A DNA stretch of 33,018 nt from Octopus bimaculoides. Lineage: Eukaryota. Where the stretch lies: assembly GCF_001194135.2 (NCBI RefSeq), contig NC_068982.1:182112875-182145892 (forward strand), read 5' to 3'. Below, in pieces: positions 1 to 12,917 of this stretch. The stretch's first letter is position 1; every line of letters starts with the position of its first letter. The translations under genes were made by a program, and so were the position numbers. A model generated the notes under the pieces. It saw only the letters and a program-made list of their open reading frames with translations. It was not told the origin of the DNA and did not search any database.

Positions 1-139
1 AAATGCCTTTACATTCTATATGAAACATATAATTAAGTTTACGTTTAAATTTTTATCCGTATATATTATCCGTATATAGTCATTGTTTTGTCCCCTAATT
101 TTCATATGCAATACATATCACCCACCGGATGCTCCAAAC

Positions 140-1370
140 TGCACGGGCAAGTTTGACGATTGCCTCAAAAGAATAAAAGAAACGCACATGAAACTGGACC
201 TTCACGTGAGTGTGTTTCTTATGGGTGATCTGTACTTATCTAGTGTCAAATGGCCCGAAGGCCTCATGCTCCTCTCAGTTATGACTCATTGCAAACAAGT
301 ACAAATTTTGCTCCGACCAACCAGGGCAAATGTCATGTTGGGTCTTTGTTTCGCAAAGAACATGGATGTCGTTCATAATGTGAAAGTGGCGCAAACATTA
401 GTTTCGGAACATAACATCATAGAGCTGTCTATGTGTGGACCAAATGTATCCAGAGACATTCAGACGAAAGGAAGCACCAAAGATCGCTCCAATATGAATT
501 TCCACAAAGCAGGCAGTAAATCGATCCAAAAAGAGATCCTGACAGGATTGGCCAAAATATCTCTCACCACCAGATATTGGCATGAAACTAGAATATGTCA
601 AGCCTATATGAAGGAGAGATCTGTCAAAAAAGCCTTGGTTATAATACAAAAACATAAAGTTAAACCCAAAAGCCTTCTTTCATTATGCGAAAAAATGGCC
701 TCAGGACGCTGCAAAATAGGACCCCTCTTCCTGATAACTCAACCATGATCAGTGAGGTACTGAATGATCAGCTCAAAAATGTATTTACCTCCCTGTTGAA
801 ATACAGACACGTGAACGAACCGATGGATTTCTTTGCTGCCTCACCAATGACCAAGGAGGCAGTTGCGATGGATTACATAGACATTGGTGAAGAAGATATA
901 ATACTAGCCACAGATGAGGTGGATGCAAACTCAGCTGTTGGTCCTGATGGTTTCCCAGCAATCCTCCGCTAATCGTGTAAACAACAAACTTGCAAAACCA
1001 CTACAGATTCTCTTCCAGAATTTCCTTGCAATTGGCATGCTTCCAAGCAAACTGAACGAAAGAATACTATGCCCAATACATAAAGGAGGAAGCAGAGCAG
1101 ATGCCAACACTTATAGGCTTATTTCTTTGACGTCACATATCAGCAAAGTCATGGAACGAATAGTCTGAGGAAAACTAATCGCATTCCTTGAAGAAAACGA
1201 TCTGCTGAGTAATACCCAGCATGGTTTTAGACCAGGTAGTAGCTGCCTAACCCAGCTCCTACAGCACTATGACTGAGTGTTGACAACGCAAATAAGAACA
1301 GCGTAAATGAAAACGTAATATACCCTGACTTTGCTAAAGCTTTTGCTAAATTTGATCATGGTTTGGTATG
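140..1370 (+). mobile_element. Decayed APE-type LINE ORF2 fragment (CR1/L2 group): endonuclease end through RT domains 1-3
   Basis: Motifs occur in the expected order across frameshifts and stops: MGDLYLSSVKW (GDFNxPxIxW-like), PTRANVMLGLCF, SEHNII, EVLNDQLKNVFT, GPDGFP, CPIHKGG, YRLISLTSHISKVMERIV*, QHGFRPGSSCLTQLL, VIYPDFAKAFAKFDHG. It is truncated before YxDD. Confidence 0.9.
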
Positions 1371-3135
1371 ATATGAATTATTTCATGATTTATTTCTTTT
1401 AACTTGATAAGATGAAGTTATATAAATCAAAGAAAGCAACTTCAAATAAAATGCCTCGCATTTCGTGTAGGAATGCAGTAAAAGCACTACAGTTTCGTTG
1501 TATTGCATTGTGCTTAGACATATGAATTCAAATTTTGCGACATTTGTTTGTCGAATGTAACAGCTGAATTCATGATATATTAAACCAGGATCGATTCCAC
1601 CCGTTGCTTAATCACAACCGTTTACGTATTATCCTAAACCATATATATACTCCGACTGTAAATACATGGGTACACGTTGCAATATTCGAATGCGCTCGTT
1701 GGTTCCTTCATTCCTCAAGCAAATCAGAATCATTTTAAAATATCATATAAATGTATTGATATTATCTTTATTTGTGTATATTTAATTTCAACGACATCTA
1801 TCGAGAACAAACATAATCGTCTAGGGCGTTTCTGCAATTGCCATTATATTAAAACGAAATAAATGGCAATTAATGTACAGAAAGTTCTCGTTGAAATTAT
1901 TTATTTATTTGTTTATTTTGTTGTATGAATTTCGGGGCGACATTCATACTGATTCGATAAACGAGTGCAATTTTACTGCATAATATTAAATCTGCATTCA
2001 GATAATCATTACGAATGCTATATGATTCTAATTATCCTCTGAAACGATCAGAGATAATTGATCAAGATCATGAAATTTATTCAAGATTCGCGATTACATT
2101 AACATTTATTTTCCATTTTATATACAAATATTTCAGTAATCGTCAAAATGGAGGTTTCAACCAGATTTATCAAAACTACGCACGGTGTTAAATGATACGT
2201 TAATAAAAACGACAGAAACATTAGCGGTATGCATACAAACTTAAATGAATACACGCAGAACAATTTTGAAAAGTACAGCATAGCAAAACACATAAACGAA
2301 TAGACACAAGATTATGAAGATTAATTTTGATATTAAACTAGAAGTTAGTATTTGCCATTTAGTCAGAAATGGAGAGGCGTTTCTTTTTTTTTTTTTAATT
2401 CCACACGCATATGGCTGTTGAAAATTATGGAATTAAAGCATACTTGCAGAAGAAGCTTAAACAGAATTTCAAATCAATGCACCCGTGTGGACGAAGCATT
2501 GCATGTAATATTTAATTTGCCCTAAAAATATGTTATACATGTTTGCCATGAAATTTGTTGATCCATTGTTTTTAAGCTGCTTCATAAGTAGATCATCATT
2601 GGTAGATCTTTCGATAATCTCTGTTATAGTGGATAAATATTTTATATGTTAGATTCTGGATATTGTTTATTTTAGCTAGAGGTTTTTGCTCCGAAATTTG
2701 ATACAAGTTCTATGCTTTAAGAAATATAAAATTTAAAAAAAAACTATCTATAACATGGAGGAGTCAACCGAAAGCATTTCCACATTTGAGCAGTAATTTA
2801 CAGTGTACAATATGGTAGAAAATTCTCAGTTATGTAGACTCTCCTAAACGGAAGAAGGATGGTATGCAATGGCACAGGTTGTTCAATATTTTAAGTGTTC
2901 AACCTTTCTAAGGGTGGTAAGGTACATGGGTGATAATTTTCGGATTCAGTGGTGTTTATCGACATTAGCTGCAAGAAGAAAGTGGTATAAGAGATTTCCA
3001 AAAATATTTATGTATTACGAAGATCTAAGAGAATAGTTCTGTAAAATTCATGGTAGAGCTGCTGCAATAAGGAAGAAAACATAAACAAGTATGACTATGT
3101 TATGGTGTGGGTTCTATATATACATACATACACAA

Positions 3136-3141
<6 letters not shown>

Positions 3142-3212
<71 letters not shown>
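3142..3212. repeat. (CA)n followed by (TA)n microsatellite
   Basis: Visible directly; runs into the N gap at 3213-3415. Confidence 0.97.
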
Positions 3213-3421
3213 NNNNNNNNNNNNNNNNNNNNNNNNNNNNNNNNNNNNNNNNNNNNNNNNNNNNNNNNNNNNNNNNNNNNNNNNNNNNNNNNNNNNNNNN
3301 NNNNNNNNNNNNNNNNNNNNNNNNNNNNNNNNNNNNNNNNNNNNNNNNNNNNNNNNNNNNNNNNNNNNNNNNNNNNNNNNNNNNNNNNNNNNNNNNNNNN
3401 NNNNNNNNNNNNNNNTAGTGT

Positions 3422-3755
3422 CAGATAGACAGACAGGTAGATAGATAGATATATAGATAGATAGATAGATACATAGCTAGATAGCTAGATAGATAGATAT
3501 TAATAAATTCAAAAAGGGATAAAAATCTTTTACAAGAATTTTATCAGGACACCAGTGTGTAAAAAAATTCATAAGGGAAATTTCTATTCCCAAGAATATA
3601 ACTATTCGTTTATTCGTTTATAATGCCCCTTATATAAATAGGCAGACAGACAGACAGATAGACAAACACAGACAGACAGACGGACGGACGGACGGACAGA
3701 CAGACATGCAGACTGATAGACAGACAGACAAATTGACTACAGACACACAGATAGA
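3422..3755. repeat. Tetranucleotide microsatellite clusters: (GATA)/(GCTA) at about 3422-3500 and (GACA)/(GGAC) at about 3642-3755
   Basis: Visible directly. Confidence 0.9.
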
Positions 3756-5537
3756 TATGTATACTTTAATCGAGGTTTTAGAAAATGACATTTGCTCAAC
3801 ATAATACGCATTGGGATCGAAGCTTTGTTCTGATCGTGGGGGCGCGCGTGTAAGCGTCGGTGTATTTATACATCTGTCCATGCGTATGTATGTATATATA
3901 TACACCCGCATGTGTACGTCTATATCAGCGTCTGTGATTATAATTACGAGTGTAAACTGGAATGCGTAACCATGCAATTCGATAAACTGAAACGATAATT
4001 TAACTACCAGACAGGAATAAGTAATATAATAGATTAGGCGATCACTGAAGATGATGTCCCAGCATGATCACAATTCGCTGTCGAAATCCACGATAAAAGA
4101 TGATTAACACAAGCTCAACAATAAGAAATTATCGATTGACTCTTCGGTCAGTAGATCTGCAGGCTAAATACTCTTTCAAACTTCTGTCCTCAGGAAACAC
4201 ATGGTGATATGTATAGAGTAGAGAAATAGCGCTACAGCTAATATGATAAATAATACTCATATGGTGAGACATAGCTGTGTTAGAATAATATGGTTATAAA
4301 ATAATAATAAAGTGTAAGATTCTATCGTTAGATATAATAATGGAAAAGAATGGATGCTTTATATATTTGTGATATATTAATTTATATAGGAGTTACAAAA
4401 GACGAAATATAATACAACACAGGGATAGATTGATAGACATAACATGTGAGTCTTCTATTTTAAGAGAAAACAATGTAATTATCATAGCAATAGAATTAAA
4501 AGCGTCCATGTCAAATGAGAAAAATGATTAGTGATATTATCAAAGAAGTCTTACAATGTAATAGGAAATAATAGTAAGGCTCTAGATGGGCTTCGTATTG
4601 TGCAAAGAAAAATAAACTGCATTTATTTTGCATATGAATAAGTATTTCAAGAATATGTGTGAATATTAATCTTAATATAATGATGCGAATATACTTAATG
4701 GATTAAGTAAAAACCAAATGCTATAATAATATATAAAGGTGCGAAACAACTTTGAGAATGCTTCCGGCAAATAGAAATCATAAATAGTTTCCATGGGAAA
4801 TCTGTAATGCCAGTATACACACAATGCAGTAATTAATAAAGAAAAATCAAAATAATATCGTAAATTGTTAAACATTCCATTAGATGATATATTTTATCTG
4901 AAACATCAATGGGCTGCGGCATAGAATATTTGAAAGCAACATAAATTCATATCTTCCATTTATGCTTAGTGTACCTTGATTTCATGTCAAAGAACAGGAA
5001 GAATTAATGAGGGTTCTGAAATCTTTTGTAATTTTTCTATGTTTAAAATCCTATTATGTCGAAGCTGAACAGCAATATGATAATTATAATTTCCAATTGC
5101 AGATCATCATTGCTCATACATGTGAATGCTATTATGCGAACACACTGAGGAAGAAGACGCCCTTTGTAATCTCTGTATACTAGAATATGTGGCTGGGATG
5201 GCTGATCCTGTATAGCATTTGATCATACGTTTTCAACATTGACGTCCTCTTCTAAGTTCAAATTCCTTATGCTTCGATCGAAACGCACAAGTTATAGATT
5301 CACTGCACTCAGATTAGTTACAACCTACTACTGTGATTTCACTTCCCAGTATAAAAATATAATCAAATAGTCAAGGTAATGTTTATTTTTGCTCAAGATC
5401 TTTCCATTGTGTAATTATCGTGTCATACAACAGTACTTTACAACAAATGTCGATACAATATACTGACATTTTTGTGACATGGAAATAGTACCTGATAATT
5501 AGTTAGACGATATTGGTGGCGTTTTCCAGGTCGCAAA

Positions 5538-5760
5538 TACGAGAGTTTGCTGAAAAGTTCGTGGCTTTAAGGATTTTGCGAAATGCCTGGCTGGAGGCCC
5601 AACATTCCGAGTTCTTTTACGGAGTTTAGGAAGACTGAAGGACCGCTGCAATAAGTGTGTGAATCTGAAATTGAAATATATTGAATAAAATCATAATTAA
5701 CCGATCCTCTTGTAGTTTCTTTTACCCAAAGCCAGGAATGTTTTAGCACCCAGCTTCTTA
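5538..5760 (+). mobile_element. Short internally deleted mariner (MITE-like) retaining the transposase C-terminus
   Basis: Imperfect TIRs: tacgagagtttgctgaaaagttcgtggcttt (5538-5568) and aaagccaggaatgttttagcaccc (from 5728), with TA at both ends. The interior reads AWLEAQHSEFF, then after a frameshift GRLKDRCNKCVNLKLKYIE*, resembling the mariner C-terminus (RWxKCVxxxGEYVE). Confidence 0.8.
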
Positions 5761-6229
5761 GTTACTTAACTTTCAATTATCCTACTATGAATTGGTACTT
5801 TCGCAGATTTTATTCTTTGCCGTTTTTAATCTTATACTCCTGAAGATATATTTTTTAGATTCCAGAGGTTTACCAAGTAAGAGAATCACGTCCATATACT
5901 GACGACGCGAAGGAATTCGGTTGACAACCTGACCAAGATCTAAAGGTTATGACTGATTTTAATCTTTAGTACTTAAAAGGAAAAATACCCCATGGTGTAT
6001 ATTGAAATATTTCCTAGAAATAAACAAACAGTCCCTCTCATTTTCCGTTGATGGTTTTCATTGTTTGTTTATAATACTGATATATGCATATAGTACTGGG
6101 TAATATTCATCGTGGTCACTGCTAAAACTGAAGCTATGCTGAACTTGCTTAGCTGTTGAGGTTTTTCTTTCTAAGTATTGTGGTGTCCTCCTTCATATAA
6201 AATAATATTATTAATGTGGTGATCTAGAA

Positions 6230-6420
6230 CTGCTGGAGCAGCGGAAAATACTTTGTACTATTTCTTCTGACTCTTTACGTTCCGAGCTCAGATTCTGCCG
6301 AAAGTGACTTTGCCTTTCATCCTATTGATTTCGATAAAATAAAGTATCAACCATCAAGAGTCGATGGAATCGACTAACCCTTTCCTGCGAAAATTGCTAG
6401 TCTATTCCAAAATTTGAAGC
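6230..6420 (+). mobile_element. Diverged tRNA-derived SINE, family 1
   Basis: The core tttacgttccgagctcagattctgccga...gactttgcctttcatcct...cgataaaataaagta...gtcgatggaatcgacta aligns with the copies at 23914 (+) and 12505 (-). The 5' boundary is approximate. Confidence 0.75.
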
Positions 6421-8344
6421 GACTATTTGACCTGAAATGAACACACTTCATTCGTGAAGAGGAAATATGGAGGTCATAAATTACGTATTTCTAATATGTA
6501 TACGAATTGTTCATCGGATGTCACTGGGAACTGGGCTCGACACAAAGCCAGCTTGTTTAACCCTGAAAGATTGTCTGTATCATGAATGTGATGAGAAACC
6601 AATTTTCTACGGATTTTAGTGAAAACAATCAAATTACTAAATGATGTGGAGACTCCATAAGTTAGAAGATAGCAAGGGTATAGATAGCATACAAAGCAGA
6701 ATCATAAAATGCATAATATAAATAACAATCAAAGGAAGTTTTTCCTTGTATACGAAGATAATTCTAATAGTAACTTTTTCAACCGCGAACCTACCTAAAG
6801 ACTGCATCTTATTTCATATTATTTCCCAACCTCAAACTCCCGTTCCACTGCAAGTCACATATATCTAAAATTAGCTGTCTAGAATAGATTCTGTATTCAA
6901 ACTTCACATTGAAAAGTAATGACTGAGTATACATAGAATACCCTCCTGAACACACTTTTGTGTAAAAAAGAATTTTAATCGAAGCTAGTTCTAAGTCTCT
7001 TTTAACCTCTACATGATTACATTTGACTGCAGCGTTTAACTCTCTTTGACGTGCAGCCACAACCTGCAAATATGTCGATGTATACCGTTATTTTGTTCAA
7101 GAGATAATATCTCGATTCTCATACGAATTCTACGCTGACACTCTCCATTCAAATAGAGTAGATTATCATAGAAACCCTCTCTAACAATAAGTAGTACCAA
7201 GTCATACTAGTTATCCAAGCAATTTACATATAAAGCAATATACAAACATTTTAAATACACTTGCTTCACATCTCATTTCTAAACCAAGCTTCTACTAAAT
7301 AAGTCTCATTTTAAAACCGTAGTCCTCTTTCGAACGATGACCTCATGCAAACATACTATACCTCCATTCTTATTGACATAGAAATAATTACACATACATC
7401 GACTTGAAGTTAATTATCCCTGGCTAGAACCTTGTTTCTCCCTTAAGACATCCAGAATCAGTAAAGCGATTGATCGAAATAACGTAGGCTTGTCTCTTCA
7501 CATTGTTCACTCTGTAAAAACTAATAATTGCACACAATTCATAAGACTAAAGTGAAGATATACTGCGTTAGCGGAAACTTAGAAACACAGTTTTCAATGC
7601 CTAAAAGATTACCTGCATCTAACGGCTTTGTGCCTATTGACATTCAACATATTGTAGTCTTTGATCTATGAAGTGAAACAGATCTTCCCAAATAAAATAT
7701 CCCAAACACTCCCGTATGTTTCATATTACAAACGTGTGTTGTTACCTTGCTGAAAAGATTACGTAATACTAATCCGCAACTAATTACACATGATGTCTCT
7801 GCAACTAGTTGCGAGGGAACAGAATCCTACACATTTTGTCTGACTTCCATATACCTCTACATAGCAAATCTTAAGGAAAACACCATTAAACTGTTTATTT
7901 CCTCTTCTACTAGTTTCAGCCAACATCAACATCAACACCTAAAGCGAAAATGCATTTCATCACAACATAACCACAATTCCTCTAGCCCTTACAATGATCT
8001 TTGTGCACCTTAACTCATTGTTTGTTACGAATGTTTCTCGCTATCCACTCTAAACATATCAATGCACATAGAACTTATGATATGCAACTATGATAGAAAT
8101 AACGATAAACAAAGGTTTGTCGCATTTGTTCCAACATACATTTTACCATTATGTTTGTTTGTAACACTGTATTAGTGAGATTACATGCAATAAATTTACA
8201 CCTAATGATGAGTGGCATTAAAAATCCTATTGCATTTGAAGAACCAATCCAACGTTCCAAACAACCACAATGCAAAATCGTACGTAGAACGAAATGCTAT
8301 AAAATAGTGTTTATTGAAATTTGTCATGTATATGTATATATACA

Positions 8345-8402
8345 TGTGTGTGTGTGTGTGTGCGTGTGTGTGTGTGTGTGCGTGTGTGTGTGTGTGTGTG
8401 TG
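8345..8402. repeat. (TG)n microsatellite
   Basis: Visible directly. Confidence 0.97.
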
Positions 8403-9583
8403 AGTAATTCATATGTAAGGATTCATTATAGAATGGTTAGGTATATTTACTTAGTGATGAAAGCTATATAATATAACACCCTAGACATCAAATGCTGGCA
8501 CGACACCGAAATAAGAAGGAAAATTCCCTGGTTGCACATTTAAATTAAATTATAACTGAATATANNNNNNNNNNNNNNNNNNNNNNNNNNNNNNNNNNNN
8601 NNNNNNNNNNNNNNNNNNNNNNNNNNNNNNNNNNNNNNNNNNNNNNNNNNNNNNNNNNNNNNNNNNNNNNNNNNNNNNNNNNNNNNNNNNNNNNNNNNNN
8701 NNNNNNNNNNNNNNNNNNNNNNNNNNNNNNNNNNNNNNNNNNNNNNNNNNNNNNNNNNNNNNNNNNNNNNNNNNNNNNNNNNNNNNNNNNNNNNNNNNNN
8801 NNNNNNNNNNNNNNNNNNNNNNNNNNNNNNNNNNNNNNNNNNNNNNNNNNNNNNNNNNNNNNNNNNNNNNNNNNNNNNNNNNNNNNNNNNNNNNNNNNNN
8901 NNNNNNNNNNNNNNNNNNNNNNNNNNNNNNNNNNNNNNNNNNNNNNNNNNNNNNNNNNNNNNNNNNNNNNNNNNNNNNNNNNNNNNNNNNNNNNNNNNNN
9001 NNNNNNNNNNNNNNNNNNNNNNNNNNNNNNNNNNNNNNNNNNNNNNATATATATATATATACATATATATATTTTTATATTCATGCCCTGAAATTTCATA
9101 ATATCTTACAGATAAAGGATATTTCGATCTGGTCATTTGCCAATTTATCGTTTTCCCAACTAAACTTTTAAAATTCCGAAGTTGTTAGTAAATACTTTTT
9201 TAGATTGAATGCTATCCTACAATTAATGTCCACTGATATGGAGACATAACCAAATCTGCCAGAGGTTAAACCCTTTTATGTCATCCGTCAATATTTCCGC
9301 GCCTTTCAAGTTCAACTAAAGAAAATGTTTACATTTAAAAAGTACGTTAATGTATCCAGAACGAAATGGCCAAACTATGTACCGCCAAATATTTGGAATT
9401 CATTGAACTCTTCTTTCTTGCATGAAAAAATCTACATCAACATTGCATCAAATTCAACTCGAAGCTACCACATATCCTATTGTGCACCATCCTGAATCTA
9501 TCCATCTATACTATACCAAAATATAACCACATCGAAATATTAGTTGTCTTAGAATATCAATGCCTCTATATTTCCACTCTGAC

Positions 9584-9644
9584 CATTTGCAGTTGAGCTT
9601 CATCTGCGTAGAATAGCTTCAGATGGTCACTTTGCGCAAGTTCA
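9584..9644 (-). CDS. Candidate internal coding exon, 61 nt, unknown gene (ELAQSDHLKLFYADEAQLQM)
   Basis: Strong minus-strand acceptor gttttttttcttttatctttcag. Only one frame is open. The donor atg|gtcaga is weaker. No homology recognised. Confidence 0.3.
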
Positions 9645-11597
9645 CTGAAAGATAAAAGAAAAAAAACACGCTAAAAAGAAACAAAAATCACTTGACCAAC
9701 TGTATTTATTGTGCAGATGTCTATTATTCTTTAATATTCAAGTACTAACTTTTCAAATGACGTTATCTGCACTTGAATCAATCGTGTTACTTTTTTTTAT
9801 TTTTAGGCCATATAAGGGAACACTATTAATTTTGTTCCGTATATAACATATTTTCAAATAAACGAAATTATTCTATTGAAAAATAGAAAACCATTCTAAA
9901 CCAAATTTAGAAAATTTGCTCTTTACATTTTCCTGAAACTGTAAGAAATATCGTCCCACTCTTTAATTTTTGTATATATTTCTTTTGCTGCGAACAGACC
10001 GAATTTTACTAAAAGTTGATGAATCGATAATTTATTGTCGAGATAATTACACAATTCATTGTTAACATGCAGGTAATTGGACTTTAAGTATTGTATCATT
10101 AAGTGTATTCAACTATTCCCAAACGGTGTGTTATTTTTCTATAATGGAAAATAAATTATTTCAATGCTACTTTTGGAATGATGGGGTTGGTTATTGTGGA
10201 TTTTTGTTCTCGTAAAATACGACATTTGTTGAAGTATCTTTAATTTTCTATTGTTCCGCTTTAAAATTCCCTTCAATTCATGTTTTGTTGGAGTTAGTTT
10301 CAAGTCTAACTAAAGACATGACACTATAAATATATTTTTATGAAAGTATCAATGACTGAAGAAGTTTTAATGAAGTGAAATCTATCTGTTCAGGACAGCA
10401 TATTGGATGGCCTATATTTTGAAGGATAAAAATAATGAAGGAGAAGACAAAGAATTGCATCTGGTTTATTACGATAATAAATGTTTGAATATGGGGATGT
10501 GAAATGAGCTTATCCAATGCCCCAAAGAATTTCCTCTTGAGTGATAATCTAGACCAACACTACAATAACCTCCTTCTCGTTCACCAACAATCCATTACAA
10601 AGGAATATCATATAAAAATTTCAATATCTAAAATTAAATCATGTTAATAATATATCTTTTTGTGCTTACTAGACTAATAAATAGATTGAGTTTCATATTA
10701 AGTGATTTTCTTGTAAAATAATGTATTTCTATTTAAATGGAATGTTTAGCGATTTTTACCGAATGATTAATATAAACACTATTAATATTACATTTGACTG
10801 TTACTTTTGATAGTTACCATAGCTATTTTACATGATAAAACAACATTCTCGGCCTTTTTATCAAGGCCGTCGTGGTAGATGGGGAGAGAAAAGAGGTTTA
10901 CCGTTAAATATGAAATGTGGCCATCCAGCGGATTCCGGTCCTTCTATAGTTCACCCAAAAACAATAATGTTCCTTCGACAGGTGTTCTAGCAGTTATATC
11001 ACTCAAAGTTTAAATTTTTGAAAGTTACTAGAAATATGATTTCGGAATCCGGTGTATATGATCGAAGATACTTGCTGAAAGTTTTGTATTTTGCAACTCA
11101 CACTATGTAATTCCCAAGCACCTTTCACAATACGTCAGCCATTCCTACTGTCGCGTAAGAACCAAATAAGACCGCATAAGAACCAAATAAGACCAAATGT
11201 TCATTATGTACAATATATCAATACAAATATGTGGTTGATTTTAATGAAAAAAATCATACTCATCCTTCCCATATCACTTTCCTTCGAGAAATGATTTACA
11301 ACTAAAAAGAAAAAGAAAGCATACATTCGGAAGAGGAAAAGCAAATTATTGAATTGGTTTTGACCCACTTCCGTTGATTATTATCGAAGATCATCAGTTT
11401 CATTCAAATCATCTATCTGTTGATAGATATCATCTCTTATTCATTAATGAACAACCAGCAAGAGCGCTTCGTGCAAGAGAGGAAAACCCTAGGAGTTCTC
11501 TTGCGCTGCTCGAAGTGATTGCGGGTGGTGTGCGTGCGAGTTTATGTGTCTCTTCCACTATCCATCCACTTTGCCTCAGCGTTCTCCCCCAGAAGGA

Positions 11598-11604
11598 TAT
11601 AAAA
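11598..11604 (+). promoter_or_regulatory. Possible TATA box
   Basis: TATAAAA lies at the 3' edge of a locally GC/CpG-richer island (about 11455-11590). No clear Inr is visible. Confidence 0.25.
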
Positions 11605-12308
11605 CTACGTTGAGACCCTATGGAATTTGAACTTATAACTAGGATAGTTTCCTCCCGCGCTGAACTAAGTCACTGATTTTAAATTAAGCTGTGTTCATCC
11701 TTGTCCCAATCTTCAAGCCATATCATTAGTTTTAGGATAACACATAGATCTTGTTCCTCACTTAATAATCTTTCACTAGTAAAGCAAGAATAAAAAGTGG
11801 TTTTAAAATGTTCAGATATCATTAACTAAAAGTTAGATATATGCATTATATGTACGAAGATAACATAAACCTTCGAATAATTTCCGTTTTCTTCTACAGA
11901 TGTCAACTTCTTTTCTTCATAATCATCAAAGGATATCATACTATATCTCTTAATTTCGATTTCATTTTCCGAATTTGCAAAGAAACCAAATTAATTAATG
12001 ATGGTTGTTTGCACAGATTTTCGTAATTAGTCAAAGCAAGTACTATAACTTTTTTCTGTGTTTAGTTGTATTTATTTACGACTTCTTAATTTCTATTATC
12101 AATGCAAAAGAAAAAAAGGAAAAAGAATCTGTCGGCAATTTTTCGTAGCCACTCTTTGCTCACTTCGATGTCTCCAAATATCTAATTAAACTCCATACAA
12201 CTCGACGAATTAGATTTCATTGTTACTTTTTTACCACATTTACTCCAACACCATCATTACAGTAAACATAATCACCAACCTCATAACCGTTTTATACTAA
12301 TGATAGTT

Positions 12309-12331
12309 ATCATCATCATCATCACCATCAG

Positions 12332-12387
<56 letters not shown>

Positions 12388-12410
12388 CCATCATCATCAT
12401 CACCATCATC
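12309..12410. repeat. (ATC)n microsatellite with ACC/AGC interruptions
   Basis: Visible directly; explains the poly-I ORF at 12300. Confidence 0.97.
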
Positions 12411-12504
12411 AATTTTTTTTCATCAGCAAAATATGTACCAGCATATCCAGCACTATCATATTTACCACTATCGAAATACTTATACTTATTCTGATTATAA
12501 TGAC

Positions 12505-12710
12505 TTCAAATTCTGGTAGAAGCCCAGCAATTTCGGGGTAGAGTATAAGTTGATAGTATCGATCGCAGTGTTCAACTGGTACTTATTTTATCGAACCACA
12601 AAGGAGCAAAGGCAAAGACAACCTAGGCAGAATTTGAGCTCACTACAGACGGATGAGATGCCACTAAGCATTTTGCCCAGTGTGCTAACGATTCTGCTAC
12701 CTCACCGCCT
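12505..12710 (-). mobile_element. tRNA-derived SINE, family 1, near full length
   Basis: The reverse complement aggcggtgaggtagcagaatcgttagcacactgggcaaaatgcttag...gagctcaaattctgcc...cgataaaataagtaccagttg matches the 23914 copy and has A/B-box-like motifs. Confidence 0.85.
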
Positions 12711-12737
12711 AGCTCACTGTGATAATATTAAAACATA

Positions 12738-12890
12738 TTTCCAAATGTTGCCACGAAACCAACAAATTCTGTCAAGTTTAAATCGATTACATCTAAATAT
12801 ACCATCAACTGGTATATATTTTATCGACCCCGAAAAGAAGAACTGAGAATCGTTTTTCTGGTGTGACAAAAACTCTTCCAGATCGCCGCC
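12738..12890 (-). mobile_element. Second family-1 SINE, internally deleted
   Basis: The reverse complement head ggcggcgatctggaagag...cacaccagaaaaacg joins almost directly to ttttcggggtcgataaaatatataccagttg...gatgtaatcga, so the middle of the element is missing. Confidence 0.7.
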
Positions 12891-12917
12891 GTATATCATA
12901 ACAAGTTTCCTCCTATT

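Noticed and set aside
3091-3444. ORFs containing X runs or HT/YI/RE/CV repeats (also 8540, 15436, 17480, 25141, 31154-31524, 31740-31990)
   Set aside because: They are translations of microsatellites and N gaps.
9998-10072. Plus-strand acceptor/donor pair (cag|gtaatt)
   Set aside because: There are stops in all three frames and no other support.
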